In this document: positions 9,750 through 19,580 of the stretch, in pieces | How positions within the stretch are numbered: the first letter of the stretch is position 1 | Layout: each line of letters begins with the position of its first letter | IMG/VR virus record: IMGVR_UViG_3300037067_019759 | Source of the DNA: a virus | Lineage: Duplodnaviria; Heunggongvirae; Uroviricota; Caudoviricetes | Strand: one strand, 5' to 3' | DNA length: 64,000 nucleotides | Notes under the pieces: model-generated | Told to the model about the DNA's origin: nothing | The model's input: the letters and a program-made list of their open reading frames with translations, nothing else | The model's database searches: none | Translations under genes and position numbers: made by a program

Positions 9750-10745
9750 ATGGATAAAAGAAAGTATTTATTATCGATCGTCATTCCAACAAGGTCAGAA
9801 ATGTTTTTAGCTCGCACTATTGAAGATTTAATACAAAATACTTCCGATCAAACCGAAATAATCGCCGTATTGGATGGAAAATGGAGTGATCCGCCGATTG
9901 CTGACCATCCACGAGTTAACTTAATTTATTTACCAGAAAGTGTCGGTCAACGTGCCGCTACAAATTTGGGTGTAAAACTTTCTAGAACAAAATATGTGGC
10001 CAAAACAGATGCGCACTGTGCTTTCGACAAAGATTTTGATTTAAAAATGTTAGAGGCATTTAAAAGGACAGGAGATAACGTCACGATGGTGCCAGTTATG
10101 AAAAATCTGCATGCCTTTAGTTGGAATTGCCGAGATTGTAACTGGAAGTTGTATCAAGGCCCTACACCCAATAAATGTGGAAGATGCGGAGGAGCTAACC
10201 TCAGAAGGAAGATGATTTGGCAACCAAGGGCACATGTTAACAGCACTAGTTACTGTTTCGATGCCGAACCGCATTTCCAGTATTTTGAAGATTATAAACA
10301 TAGACCCCAATATATAAAAGATAAAGCGGAAACGGGTTTAACGGAAACTATGTCATTACAGGGTAGTTTTTTCATGTGTACAAGAGAAAAATATTGGGAA
10401 CTTAAATTATGCGATGAAGAATTTGGTTCGTGGGGGAATCAGGGGATTGAGGTAGCTGCGAAAACTTGGCTTTCAGGAGGTCGTGTTTTGTGTAATAGCA
10501 AATGTTGGTATGCCCACATGTTTAGAACTCAGGGAGGCGATTTTAGTTTTCCCTATCCTCAGTCTGGTCGTGAAGTTGCTAGATGTAAAGCAAAAGTTAG
10601 GGATATGTTTTGGAAAAATAAATATCCTAATCAGATATATCCGCTTTCATGGTTAGTGGAAAAATTCTGGCCGATACCTGGGTGGAGTGAACAAAATCTA
10701 CAAGACTTAAAAATTAGTGGAAGTAATTTTGTAAATTTAAAATAA
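9750..10745 (+). CDS. Family-2 glycosyltransferase with inserted CxxC zinc ribbon
   Basis: LLSIVIPTRSE. AVLDGKW. DAH. CRDCNW...CGRCGG insert. Confidence 0.55.
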   Translation: MDKRKYLLSIVIPTRSEMFLARTIEDLIQNTSDQTEIIAVLDGKWSDPPIADHPRVNLIYLPESVGQRAATNLGVKLSRTKYVAKTDAHCAFDKDFDLKMLEAFKRTGDNVTMVPVMKNLHAFSWNCRDCNWKLYQGPTPNKCGRCGGANLRRKMIWQPRAHVNSTSYCFDAEPHFQYFEDYKHRPQYIKDKAETGLTETMSLQGSFFMCTREKYWELKLCDEEFGSWGNQGIEVAAKTWLSGGRVLCNSKCWYAHMFRTQGGDFSFPYPQSGREVARCKAKVRDMFWKNKYPNQIYPLSWLVEKFWPIPGWSEQNLQDLKISGSNFVNLK

Positions 10746-10783
10746 GTCGAAAACAACAAAAAATAGAACAATTTTGAGATTTA

Positions 10784-10798
10784 TGTTATAATATAAAC
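10784..10798 (+). promoter_or_regulatory. Extended -10 promoter (TGtTATAATATAA) upstream of 10856
   Basis: gatttatgtTATAATataaac shares the GATTTATGkTATAATATAA motif with 17701-17719. Confidence 0.35.
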
Positions 10799-10855
10799 GC
10801 TTACTTAATAACAACTAATTGTCGCTGATACCGCCTTTTAGTTGAAGGAAATTAT

Positions 10856-11143
10856 ATGGACAAACAAACAGTGATGTCTATGATGAAGAACACCGTAGAT
10901 CAAAATCTTTATTTTACATCGAGGGGACAAGATGTCGGCGGATCCTGCTGGCATTATTGGCAGAATTGGTATTATCCTGAAGTTATAAGAGAATCTTATC
11001 CAGTGTATATTCAAGAAAAAGCGATAGATACGGGAAAAAAGGCTTTTGAAATTATAAAAGGGATGGTTGACAAAAATTTTGTAAAACTTAATACAGTTAA
11101 GGATTTTATTGAAATAATGGATTTTTTTATAAAGAATTTATAA
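10856..11143 (+). CDS. Hypothetical protein
   Basis: ORF only. No recognisable motif. Confidence 0.3.
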   Translation: MDKQTVMSMMKNTVDQNLYFTSRGQDVGGSCWHYWQNWYYPEVIRESYPVYIQEKAIDTGKKAFEIIKGMVDKNFVKLNTVKDFIEIMDFFIKNL

Positions 11144-11186
11144 TTTATGCCAACCGGAATATATAAACATACTTAATAAAAATATT

Positions 11187-11420
11187 ATGAAAAAATTATT
11201 AGAAGAAGCAACATTAGAAGAATTAAAGAGTGCGGCTTATGATACTTTACGTTTTATTGAAGCTTACCAAACGCAACTTCGGGCGATTAATGAACGCATA
11301 TTAACATTAGAAAATAGTCAAAAAGAGACTTCAAGCACAAAAGAAGCTAAGGTAGAATCAAAGTTAACACCAGAACAACAAGAAGCAGTAGCGAAAATAA
11401 GAGGTGAGGTGAGTAAATAA
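11187..11420 (+). CDS. Hypothetical small helical protein
   Basis: ORF. Charged and helical. A stem-loop plus T-run at 11457-11522 follows. Confidence 0.3.
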   Translation: MKKLLEEATLEELKSAAYDTLRFIEAYQTQLRAINERILTLENSQKETSSTKEAKVESKLTPEQQEAVAKIRGEVSK

Positions 11421-11456
11421 TTTTTAATTCTCGACAAACGAGAAAACTTATGAAGA

Positions 11457-11522
11457 ATAAATAGCCCCTAGGAAATAGTAATTTTAGATAAATAATCCTA
11501 TTTGGGGTTATTTATCTTTTTT
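11457..11522 (+). terminator. Putative rho-independent terminator after gene 11187-11420
   Basis: AATAAATAGCCCC...GGGGTTATTTAT stem followed by CTTTTTT. Confidence 0.35.
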
Positions 11523-11530
11523 ATAATATA
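11520..11530 (+). promoter_or_regulatory. TATAATATA -10 element upstream of fibre gene 11548
   Basis: ttttTATAATATAgtttattaacaaaaaaaATG. Short leader without a Shine-Dalgarno sequence. Confidence 0.3.
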
Positions 11531-11547
11531 GTTTATTAACAAAAAAA

Positions 11548-14500
11548 ATGTTTAATTTTAATGAAAAATTTTTTGAAAAATATCAAAAACAATTATTATT
11601 TATTGCAAATTGTTGGTATTTGCGATGGTTTTTGGGTTTGCATCGGTTGTCTAAAAAGATAAAAAAAGAAACAAAAATAATTTCAAAAATAACACCAAAT
11701 TCAATCTACGTAAAGATAAATGATGTAAAATATAAAAAATATTGTTTTGTTAATAATCGTTTTGCGGAATCATTATTTTATAATTTTTATCCTTTTTATT
11801 ATTTTCGATCATTGAAAAAAAATTCTTTTTGGAGATTAAGTCCGATAAAATTAGCATATCAAGTCTTTTTTTATATTATTGGAATCAAATTTTTTAATAT
11901 ACCTTTTATTATTTTTGGAACAACGGTAACTGATTTTTATTCTGGTTCTGGTGATGGGGAAGTGGCCAATTACAATGCCTCGTGGGATACTTGCCAATCG
12001 GCGACGGACGGAGTAGATGCCTTACCAGCCGGAGCGAGTAGAATAGCTGGAATTTATAAGCAAGGTGGTGGTGATTACAGCATTGAAAGATTATTTACTC
12101 CTTTTCTCACTTCCGATTTGCCTGATGATGCAAATATTACAATAGTAACTTTGACTTTATTTACCGTGAATGAAGTTATAGATAATGATAATGATGGCAA
12201 TGATTTTCTGACGGTAGTGCAAACCTCGCAAGCGGACAATACTACCTTGGGGACTGCTGATTTTGACAAGTGCGGCGATGCCATTACTAATCCAACGGAG
12301 GGAGTGGATAGTGGAAACAGAATTGATATTTCCGGTATTTCCACTTATTCATCAATTACTTTCACGCTTAATTCCACTGGCAGAGGCTGGGTTAATAAAA
12401 CGGGATATACTCTATTGGGAGTACGTGAAGGACACGATGTTTTAGACGATCCACCAACATTATCAAATGGACAAGGAAATTATGTTAGGTTTTATATGTC
12501 GGAACAGACAGGATCGGATACTGATCCTTGTTTAGAAATTACTTATGTTAGTTCCAGTACATCTCCTAGTATTTCTCCTTCCGCTAGTCCTTCGACGTCT
12601 ATCTCTCCTAGCATAAGCCCCAGTATTTCCCCTTCTGTTAGTCCATCTACATCTATTTCTCCAAGTATAAGCCATAGTGTTAGCCTTTCAATATCTCCCT
12701 CTAAAAGTCCTAGCTTTTCTCCCTCTATTAGCCCTTCTTTATCTCCTTCTAAAAGTCCCAGTATCAGTCCCTCTGTTAGTCCTTCCGTCTCTATCTCTCC
12801 TTCTAAAAGCCCTAGTGTTAGCCCTTCTTTATCTCCTTCTAAAAGTCCCAGTATCAGTCCCTCTGTTAGTCCTTCCGTCTCTATCTCTCCTTCTAAAAGC
12901 CCTAGTGTTAGCCCTTCTTTATCTCCTTCTAAAAGTCCCAGTATCAGTCCCTCTGTTAGTCCTTCCGTCTCTATCTCTCCTTCTAAAAGCCCTAGTGTTA
13001 GCTCTTCAATGTCTCCGTCCGTTAGTCCTTCTGCATCACCTAGCACTAGTATATCACCGAGTATTTCTCCTTCAATTTCTCTTTCATTTTCACCCAGCAT
13101 CAGTCCTTCTGTTAGTCCTTCTGTTTCTATAAGTCCCTCTATTTCTCCTAGTTTTTCTTTTAGTATTAGTCCCTCTATCAGTCCGAGTACTTCACCATCA
13201 GCGAGTATATCTCCCTCTATCAGCCCGAGCTTAAGTCCTTCATTAAGCTCTAGTTTTTCTTTTTCATTGAGTCCATCTTTTTCGCCATCTATTAGTCCCT
13301 CTACTTCTCCTAGCGTTAGCATCAGTCCTTCAAAATCTCCAAGTATAAGTCCAAGTAAATCTCCTTCTTTTTCTCCTAGTTTCTCTCCTTCTGCCAGTCC
13401 TTCAATTTCACCATCTGTGTCTCCTAGTACATCTTTGTCACCTTCTTTGTCTCCCTCTATTTCTCCCAGTAATTCACCATCTTTTAGCCCTTCCGTTTCT
13501 CCATCTGTTTCAATATCGCCATCCTTATCACCAAGTTTTTCTTCTTCTAAAAGTCCTAGTATTTCTCCTTCTATCAGTCCCTCTGTTTCTCCTTCAATTA
13601 TTTCTAGTTTTAGTCCATCGTTGAGTCCTTCTGTTAGTCCTTCCATATCTCCCTCTTTAAGTCCCTCTCTTAGTCCTTCTTTTTCTCCTAGTTTAAGCCC
13701 TAGTATCAGTCCTTCGGAATCTCCTAGTACTAGTATCAGTCCTTCCAAATCTCCATCTATTAGTCCTTCTTTTTCTCCTAGTTTAAGTCCCAGTATTAGT
13801 CCCTCCGAATCTCCTAGCACCAGCATCAGCCCTTCTAAATCTCCTTCTTTAAGTCCCAGCATCAGCTTTTCTTTTTCTCCCAGTTTTAGTCCAAGTGTTA
13901 GCTTTTCTAAATCTCCTTCTTTAAGTCCTAGTATCAGTCCTTCCGCATCTCCTAGTGTTAGTATTAGCCCCTCAATATCTCCTTCTTTAAGCCCCAGTAT
14001 CAGTCCTTCAATTTCTTCCTCCTTAAGTTCTAGCGTCAGTTCTTCTTTTTCTCCTTCTCTGAGCCCTAGTATTAGTCCTTCTGTTTCTCCTAGCGTTAGT
14101 ATCAGTCCTTCTTTGTCTCCCTCTTTAAGTCCTTCTCTTAGTCCTTCCGTTTCTCCTAGCGTTAGTATCAGTCCTTCTTTGTCTCCCAGTCTGTCTCCGT
14201 CTTTAAGTCCCTCAATTTCTCCTTCTTTTAGTCCTTCTTTTTCTCTTTCTTTAAGCCCAAGTATTAGTTTATCTTTTTCTCCCTCTATTAGTCCCTCCAT
14301 ATCCCCCTCTCCAAGTCCCGGCTGGTTAGATTATACGAGAGGCGATTACGCTGATTTACCTAACGATGATAACTATTTAGAAACTAATTATTCCGCACAG
14401 GATTATTTAGATGTAGCGGAAAAAGATAATATTAGAGTGGATCAGACAGCAACAGTAGAATATGCGATTCATGAATTTAAGGAATATGCTGGCGTAGTAA

Positions 14501-14727
14501 ATTCTTGTACTATAGAATGGTATGGCAGAACTAACTGTGATGCTTCTTTAAGTGCGGTTTATTTACAAATTTATAATTATATTACTCCTGGTTGGGAAAC
14601 GATTGATTCTAATAACACGGTGGCAGAAGATGTTAATTTTTCTTTAACTGCCTCTAAAGCAAATTTAACTAATTATAAAAATGGAAGTGGAGTGGCTACT
14701 TTTAGAGTATATCAATTAGCATTATAA
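11548..14727 (+). CDS. Virion fibre-like protein. N-terminal globular domain, then roughly 590 aa of (x)SPS tandem repeat, then a C-terminal domain.
   Basis: ATG at 11548. The core is hundreds of ISPS/VSPS/KSPS/LSPS units encoded by near-perfect 90-bp DNA tandem repeats (12710-12990). Flanking domains are low-complexity-free. Confidence 0.55.
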   Translation: MFNFNEKFFEKYQKQLLFIANCWYLRWFLGLHRLSKKIKKETKIISKITPNSIYVKINDVKYKKYCFVNNRFAESLFYNFYPFYYFRSLKKNSFWRLSPIKLAYQVFFYIIGIKFFNIPFIIFGTTVTDFYSGSGDGEVANYNASWDTCQSATDGVDALPAGASRIAGIYKQGGGDYSIERLFTPFLTSDLPDDANITIVTLTLFTVNEVIDNDNDGNDFLTVVQTSQADNTTLGTADFDKCGDAITNPTEGVDSGNRIDISGISTYSSITFTLNSTGRGWVNKTGYTLLGVREGHDVLDDPPTLSNGQGNYVRFYMSEQTGSDTDPCLEITYVSSSTSPSISPSASPSTSISPSISPSISPSVSPSTSISPSISHSVSLSISPSKSPSFSPSISPSLSPSKSPSISPSVSPSVSISPSKSPSVSPSLSPSKSPSISPSVSPSVSISPSKSPSVSPSLSPSKSPSISPSVSPSVSISPSKSPSVSSSMSPSVSPSASPSTSISPSISPSISLSFSPSISPSVSPSVSISPSISPSFSFSISPSISPSTSPSASISPSISPSLSPSLSSSFSFSLSPSFSPSISPSTSPSVSISPSKSPSISPSKSPSFSPSFSPSASPSISPSVSPSTSLSPSLSPSISPSNSPSFSPSVSPSVSISPSLSPSFSSSKSPSISPSISPSVSPSIISSFSPSLSPSVSPSISPSLSPSLSPSFSPSLSPSISPSESPSTSISPSKSPSISPSFSPSLSPSISPSESPSTSISPSKSPSLSPSISFSFSPSFSPSVSFSKSPSLSPSISPSASPSVSISPSISPSLSPSISPSISSSLSSSVSSSFSPSLSPSISPSVSPSVSISPSLSPSLSPSLSPSVSPSVSISPSLSPSLSPSLSPSISPSFSPSFSLSLSPSISLSFSPSISPSISPSPSPGWLDYTRGDYADLPNDDNYLETNYSAQDYLDVAEKDNIRVDQTATVEYAIHEFKEYAGVVNSCTIEWYGRTNCDASLSAVYLQIYNYITPGWETIDSNNTVAEDVNFSLTASKANLTNYKNGSGVATFRVYQLAL
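12356..12454 (+). repeat. 99-bp segment of fibre gene 11548 with an exact inverted copy at 36009-36107
   Basis: The reverse complement of 36009-36107 equals 12356-12454 base for base (TTACTTTCACGCTTAATTCC...GTTTTAGACGATCCAC). Confidence 0.7.
12543..14310 (+). repeat. Coding tandem repeat (TCN-CCN-AGN periodic, SPS) including three near-identical 90-bp units at about 12710-12990
   Basis: Visible DNA periodicity. Blocks such as tctaaaagtcccagtatcagtccctctgttagtccttccgtctctatctctcct recur exactly. Confidence 0.7.
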
Positions 14728-14734
14728 GAAATAA

Positions 14735-17683
14735 ATGAATAAATTACTTGCCAATTTAATACGAATTATAACGGAAATACTACATTGGATTTTGTCGTTT
14801 TTTGTTGATGAACAAGTATTATCAGAGTGGAAATTTTTACATCTTTGTTGGTGGTTTCGTAAACACGGGTTAAAAATTCCGAAGTATTTTATTGGGGCGG
14901 ATACTGGGGCGTTAAGTCCAGGAACAATGGCAGATGACGCAACAGTCGGCACTGTGGCGTGGACGAATCCTGATAATGCGAAGGTGAGTGATAATGTGTA
15001 TGCGAGTGCCGTATTATCGGGAGATTCTCATTATCTCAAAGCAACTAATTTTGGATTTTCTATTCCTAGCGGAGCAACTATAAACGGAGTTGTTGTAGAG
15101 ATACAAAAAAAAGGTTCATATCCAGTAGGAGACTTTCTTGTTGATAAATATGTGAAAATAGTTAAGGCAGATGGAACTATTGGAACAACAAATAAGGCAG
15201 ATACAACAACAAATTGGCCTACTAGCGAAGCATATAAAACCTATGGAGCGAATAATGATTTATGGGGAGAAACTTGGACGGCAGAAAATATAAATGATGT
15301 AGATTTTGGAGTAGTTATTTCTACACAATATACAGGAGTAAATGCTTACATTGACCACATCCGTATCACAGTTTATTACACGGAAGCAATTTCAACTTCG
15401 CCATCTATTAGTCCTTCTATTTCACCAAGTATATCATTTTCCACTTCATTAAGTCCTAGCATTTCTCCTTCTGTTAGTTCTTCTTTTTCTCCCTCTGAAA
15501 GTTCTAGTATTTCACCTTCAGTATCTCCGCCACCTCAAACTAATTTACAGACAGATTATTGGAAAGTTATTTTTGGAGAAATTCCAAGTTTTAGTCCTTC
15601 TGTTAGTCCTAGTATTAGCCCTAGTTTTTCTCTTTCAATTTCTCCTTCCGTTAGTCCTTCCGCTAGTCCAAGTACTAGTATTAGTCCTTCTATTAGTCCT
15701 AGTGTTAGTCCTAGTTTTTCTCCTTCAATTTCTTTTTCCATTAGTCCTTCTGTTAGTCCTAGCGTTAGTATTAGTCCTTCCATTTCTCCTAGCATCAGTC
15801 CATCTATAAGTCCTAGTGTTAGTTTTAGTTTTTCTCCTTCCATCAGTCCTTCTGTTAGTCCTAGCGTTAGTATCAGCCCTTCTCTTTCTCCTAGCATTAG
15901 TCCGTCTGCTAGTCCATCCATTTCTATTAGTCCTAGTTTTTCACCAAGTATTAGTCCAAGTAAAAGTCCTAGCATTTCTTCAAGTATTTCTCCTTCCATC
16001 AGCCCTAGCGCTAGTCCTTCTGCTAGCGTTAGTCCTTCCATATCTCCATCTATTAGTCTGAGTATTTCACCCTCTATATCTCCTAGCTTTAGTCCTTCCG
16101 TTTCTCCTAGCATTAGTATCAGTCCTTCATTCAGTCCTTCATTAAGTCCAAGTGTTAGTCCTTCACTAAGTCCAAGCGTTAGCTCTTCAATATCATCTTC
16201 TATTAGTCCTTCCGTTTCTCCTAGCAACAGTATCAGTCCTTCGTTAAGTCCTTCGTTAAGTCCAAGTGTTAGTCCCTCAATATCGCTTTCCGTCAGTCCT
16301 TCCGAATCTCCTAGTGTTAGTATCAGTCCTTCTATTTCTCCGAGCATTAGTCCTTCCGTTAGTCCTTCAATATCGTCAAGTTTTTCACCCTCTGTTTCAC
16401 TGAGTGTTAGTATCAGTCCTTCTTTTTCTCCCTCTGTCAGTCCTAGCTTTTCTCCCTCTGTCAGTCCTTCCGTGTCTATCTCTCCAAGCATAAGTCCTAG
16501 CGTTAGTCCTTCAATGTCTCCCTCTAAAAGTCCTAGCTTTTCTCCCTCTGTCAGTCCTTCTTTTTCTTTCTCTATTAGTCCATCTACATCTATTTCTCCA
16601 AGTATAAGCCCCAGTGTTAGCCCTTCAATATCTCCCTCTAAAAGTCCTAGCTTTTCTCCCTCCGTCAGTCCTTCCGCGTCTATCTCTCCAAGCATAAGCC
16701 CCAGCATTAGTCCCTCTGTTTCTCCTTCAATTATTTCTAGTCTTAGTCCATCGTTGAGTCCTTCTGTTAGTCCTTCCATATCTTTATCCCAGTCTCCGTC
16801 TATATCGATAAGCCCATCTTTATCGCCAAGTTTTAGTGTTTCGATTAGTTCATCTATTTCTCCGTCTATTAGCCCCTCAATATCTCCTTCTTTAAGCCCC
16901 AGTATTAGTCTCTCAATTTCTCCCTCCTTAAGCCCCAGTATCAGTCCTTCTTTTTCTCCTTCTTTTTCTCCTTCTGTCAGTCCTAGCTTTTCTCCCTCCG
17001 TCAGTCCTTCAATTTCTATAAGTCCATCATTATCACCAAGCATTAGTCCTTCCATTAGTTTTTCTTTTTCATTATCCCTTAGTCCTTCTGTCAGTCCTAG
17101 CTTTTCTCCTTCCGCCAGTCCTTCAATTTCTATAAGTCCATCAATATCACCAAGCATTAGTCCTTCTGTTAGTCCGTCTGTTTCACCGAGCGTTTCTCCC
17201 TCAATTTCTTTTAGTTTAAGTCCGAGTTTCAGTCCGTCCTTCTCTCCTAGCTTTAGTCCTTCCATTAGTTTTTCAATATCTCCTAGTGTTTCACCAAGTT
17301 TTTCATCGAGTTTTTCACCATCTTTTAGTCCATCTGTTTCACCGAGCTTTTCACCATCTTTTAGTCTATCTGTTTCACCTAGTATTAGTCCTTCTTTTAG
17401 TACTTCCATCTCTCCAAGTTTAAGCCCGAGTATAAGTCCTTCCATTAGTCCGTCGTTTTCGCCAAGTGTATCTCCCTCTATTAGTCCTTCAGTTAGTCCT
17501 TCGCCTAGTTTTGAAATCAACGATTGGGTTCCAATTGGTGAAATTGAAGTTGAATATATAAATGGATGTATAGAAACAGAAACTATGACGGGTGAAATAG
17601 ATACTGAATATATGCGCGGATGTATAGAAACAGAAACGATAATAGGCGAAATAGAGACTGAAGATATAAGAGGAACGAGATAA
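14735..17683 (+). CDS. Virion fibre-like protein with a roughly 700-aa SPS-repeat core and a C-terminal GEIETE/GCIETET repeat tail
   Basis: Same repeat class as 11548. The N-terminal domain differs. C-terminal 3x repeat EYINGCIETETM.GEI.TE. Confidence 0.55.
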   Translation: MNKLLANLIRIITEILHWILSFFVDEQVLSEWKFLHLCWWFRKHGLKIPKYFIGADTGALSPGTMADDATVGTVAWTNPDNAKVSDNVYASAVLSGDSHYLKATNFGFSIPSGATINGVVVEIQKKGSYPVGDFLVDKYVKIVKADGTIGTTNKADTTTNWPTSEAYKTYGANNDLWGETWTAENINDVDFGVVISTQYTGVNAYIDHIRITVYYTEAISTSPSISPSISPSISFSTSLSPSISPSVSSSFSPSESSSISPSVSPPPQTNLQTDYWKVIFGEIPSFSPSVSPSISPSFSLSISPSVSPSASPSTSISPSISPSVSPSFSPSISFSISPSVSPSVSISPSISPSISPSISPSVSFSFSPSISPSVSPSVSISPSLSPSISPSASPSISISPSFSPSISPSKSPSISSSISPSISPSASPSASVSPSISPSISLSISPSISPSFSPSVSPSISISPSFSPSLSPSVSPSLSPSVSSSISSSISPSVSPSNSISPSLSPSLSPSVSPSISLSVSPSESPSVSISPSISPSISPSVSPSISSSFSPSVSLSVSISPSFSPSVSPSFSPSVSPSVSISPSISPSVSPSMSPSKSPSFSPSVSPSFSFSISPSTSISPSISPSVSPSISPSKSPSFSPSVSPSASISPSISPSISPSVSPSIISSLSPSLSPSVSPSISLSQSPSISISPSLSPSFSVSISSSISPSISPSISPSLSPSISLSISPSLSPSISPSFSPSFSPSVSPSFSPSVSPSISISPSLSPSISPSISFSFSLSLSPSVSPSFSPSASPSISISPSISPSISPSVSPSVSPSVSPSISFSLSPSFSPSFSPSFSPSISFSISPSVSPSFSSSFSPSFSPSVSPSFSPSFSLSVSPSISPSFSTSISPSLSPSISPSISPSFSPSVSPSISPSVSPSPSFEINDWVPIGEIEVEYINGCIETETMTGEIDTEYMRGCIETETIIGEIETEDIRGTR
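15400..17510 (+). repeat. Coding SPS tandem repeat region of gene 14735
   Basis: Same repeat class. About 2.1 kb. Confidence 0.7.
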
Positions 17684-17700
17684 AAGTACCAAAAATACTG

Positions 17701-17719
17701 GATTTATGGTATAATATAA
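17701..17719 (+). promoter_or_regulatory. Extended -10 promoter (TGgTATAATATAA) upstream of structural gene 17738
   Basis: gatttatggTATAATataat lies 19 nt before the ATG. Confidence 0.4.
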
Positions 17720-17737
17720 TTAACTAATTTTACCAAA

Positions 17738-19123
17738 ATGGTCAATATTAAAGCCCAAAATAATATTTTGCTTAAAAGCGCAAAATTCTCCTACCTATCG
17801 GCGAATTATTTATCTGGAGTGACTTCTTTGGTTTTGTCTAATAGTGATGGATTCTATCCGTATACGATCGGCGCGTCCAGTACACAATTCGACATCACAA
17901 ATACTACCGGGACTACCTTTCGGTATACTTATGATACAACCGGTACAGACCCTGAAATAGGAGAGAATATCCAAGTAAATTCGCAAGTAGTTATTAATGG
18001 TCAAAATTTTACGGTTGCCAATAATGGCACATTTACGGTTACTGCGTTTAGCACTAATTATTTCGAAGTTACCAACGCTAGCGGGGTAGTAGAGTCAAAC
18101 AAAACTCTAGGCACGGGGTCACTTTCTGTGGGAAGAAATAATTTTGTTTTGCTCGGTGAGTTTGGTTCTGAAACGTCGGAAATAGTGACGGTGAGTAGTG
18201 TTAATAAGAGTACGCATACACTTACTTTGAGCGCGGCGACTAAATTTTCACATAGTCAAGATACTAAAGCGTATGTATTAGGTTATGATAAAGTAAAATT
18301 TTTTCATACAACGACAGCGACTTTTAATACAACTACTCCCATAAGTGGATATCTTGATATATCTGCAGATTCGTTATATACGACAGGATCAGACGCTGCA
18401 AATTCTACCGGTTTTGGTTGGTTTTATTTCTATAATAGTATTACTGCCAAAGATTCAGCTACGAGTAATGCTGTTCCATATTCTTCGTTTGGAGAAAACA
18501 GCGTTAAAAGTATATTAGAAATTTTTTATAGTTTGCTTAATGATAAAGAACGGAAATTGATAACTGATACTGACTCTTTACATTGGCTCAATGAAGCTTA
18601 TTCGATTGCTCAAAATTCTTTAAATTTGGTAAATAGAGAATATTTTGCGGATAGTATAGATACTATAACTTCTGTTTCTGGTACTGCTGAATATGATTTA
18701 GAAAATGATTTTTCATCTGTAATTAATATTTATGATGAAACTAATGAAAAAAATATAGAATGGATAGATTTGAGAAATGTATCTTCTTGGAATTATGATT
18801 CTAACAATACTACTCATTATTATTTAAAAGGAGGAAAAATTGGATTTTCTCCAATTCCCAGTTCTGCAATAGAATATTCAGTCCGTTATAATTATAAAAC
18901 AACAGCGGTTAGTTCTTATTACGAAAACATAGATTTGCCAAATGGAAATTTTTATTGTGTTATAAATTTTATGTTGCATCGTGCTGGAATAAAATTGGGT
19001 AAAAGTGATGCAATGAATTATTTAAAATTATTTGATAAAGATATTGAACGAATGAAGTTAACTAGTTTTAAACAGAATGCGAATTTAGACAGTTGGGGAA
19101 TGGAAAAAAGTAGTTGGGTTTAG
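17738..19123 (+). CDS. Virion structural protein (baseplate or tail-associated candidate)
   Basis: Thr/Ser/Asn-rich, beta-rich composition in the structural block. An extended -10 promoter lies immediately upstream. Confidence 0.4.
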   Translation: MVNIKAQNNILLKSAKFSYLSANYLSGVTSLVLSNSDGFYPYTIGASSTQFDITNTTGTTFRYTYDTTGTDPEIGENIQVNSQVVINGQNFTVANNGTFTVTAFSTNYFEVTNASGVVESNKTLGTGSLSVGRNNFVLLGEFGSETSEIVTVSSVNKSTHTLTLSAATKFSHSQDTKAYVLGYDKVKFFHTTTATFNTTTPISGYLDISADSLYTTGSDAANSTGFGWFYFYNSITAKDSATSNAVPYSSFGENSVKSILEIFYSLLNDKERKLITDTDSLHWLNEAYSIAQNSLNLVNREYFADSIDTITSVSGTAEYDLENDFSSVINIYDETNEKNIEWIDLRNVSSWNYDSNNTTHYYLKGGKIGFSPIPSSAIEYSVRYNYKTTAVSSYYENIDLPNGNFYCVINFMLHRAGIKLGKSDAMNYLKLFDKDIERMKLTSFKQNANLDSWGMEKSSWV

Positions 19124-19214
19124 ATATTATGAAGGTTTTGTTCGTTTATAGATAAAAGTTTATTTAAAAAATCTTTTTTAATCAGTATATATTTTTCATT
19201 ATTAATTTGTTCGG

Positions 19215-19580
19215 CTATCGTAGCCCATTGACAATTAAGAAGTTCATATCATCTTTAAAATTTTTAAATTCTAACCATCTATCACAAACTTTAATTCCTT
19301 TTGCTCCATAATATTTATATACTTTACGGTTAGAATTCAAACATCTTTGCTTCATTCCATGCCAAATAGCATAAAATCTTGTTTTAGATAATTTATGAAT
19401 ATTATGTGAACACCCACAACTTTTAATACCGCCACTTGTTAAATGTCGAGCTACTACAATATGTTGGTTGCCACAATTACATTTACAATACCAATAAGAT
19501 TGATGATTTTTCATATAAGCAAAACTGACAACGGTTAATTTATTAAATTTTTGACCGATTAATTTTAACTTTTTACGCAT
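19215..19580 (-). CDS. Small zinc-binding phage protein. Likely a free-standing mobile-gene or homing-endonuclease-associated DNA-binding module.
   Basis: Motif LTVV...WYCKCNCGN...SCGCS...IWHGMKQRC...YKYYGAKGIKVCDRW, a Cys4 cluster common in phages. Carries the same promoter/pseudoknot leader topology as the HNH genes. Confidence 0.4.
   Translation of the reverse strand: MRKKLKLIGQKFNKLTVVSFAYMKNHQSYWYCKCNCGNQHIVVARHLTSGGIKSCGCSHNIHKLSKTRFYAIWHGMKQRCLNSNRKVYKYYGAKGIKVCDRWLEFKNFKDDMNFLIVNGLR

Noticed and set aside
12543-17510. CRISPR array, suggested by the highly regular short repeats
   Set aside because: The units are contiguous coding triplet repeats (SPS) without unique spacers and sit inside long ORFs. 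There is no leader or cas context.
12543-17520. Long reverse-strand ORFs rich in EGL/GLxEG (12543-14300, 15556-17520) and short overlapping plus-strand ORFs (12677-13132, 15573-16061). The same applies to 19947-20264, 25451-26176 and 27257-27661.
   Set aside because: They lie entirely within the SPS, Gly and TAP tandem repeats. A periodic repeat stays open in several frames, so these are mirror-image artefacts of the real plus-strand genes.
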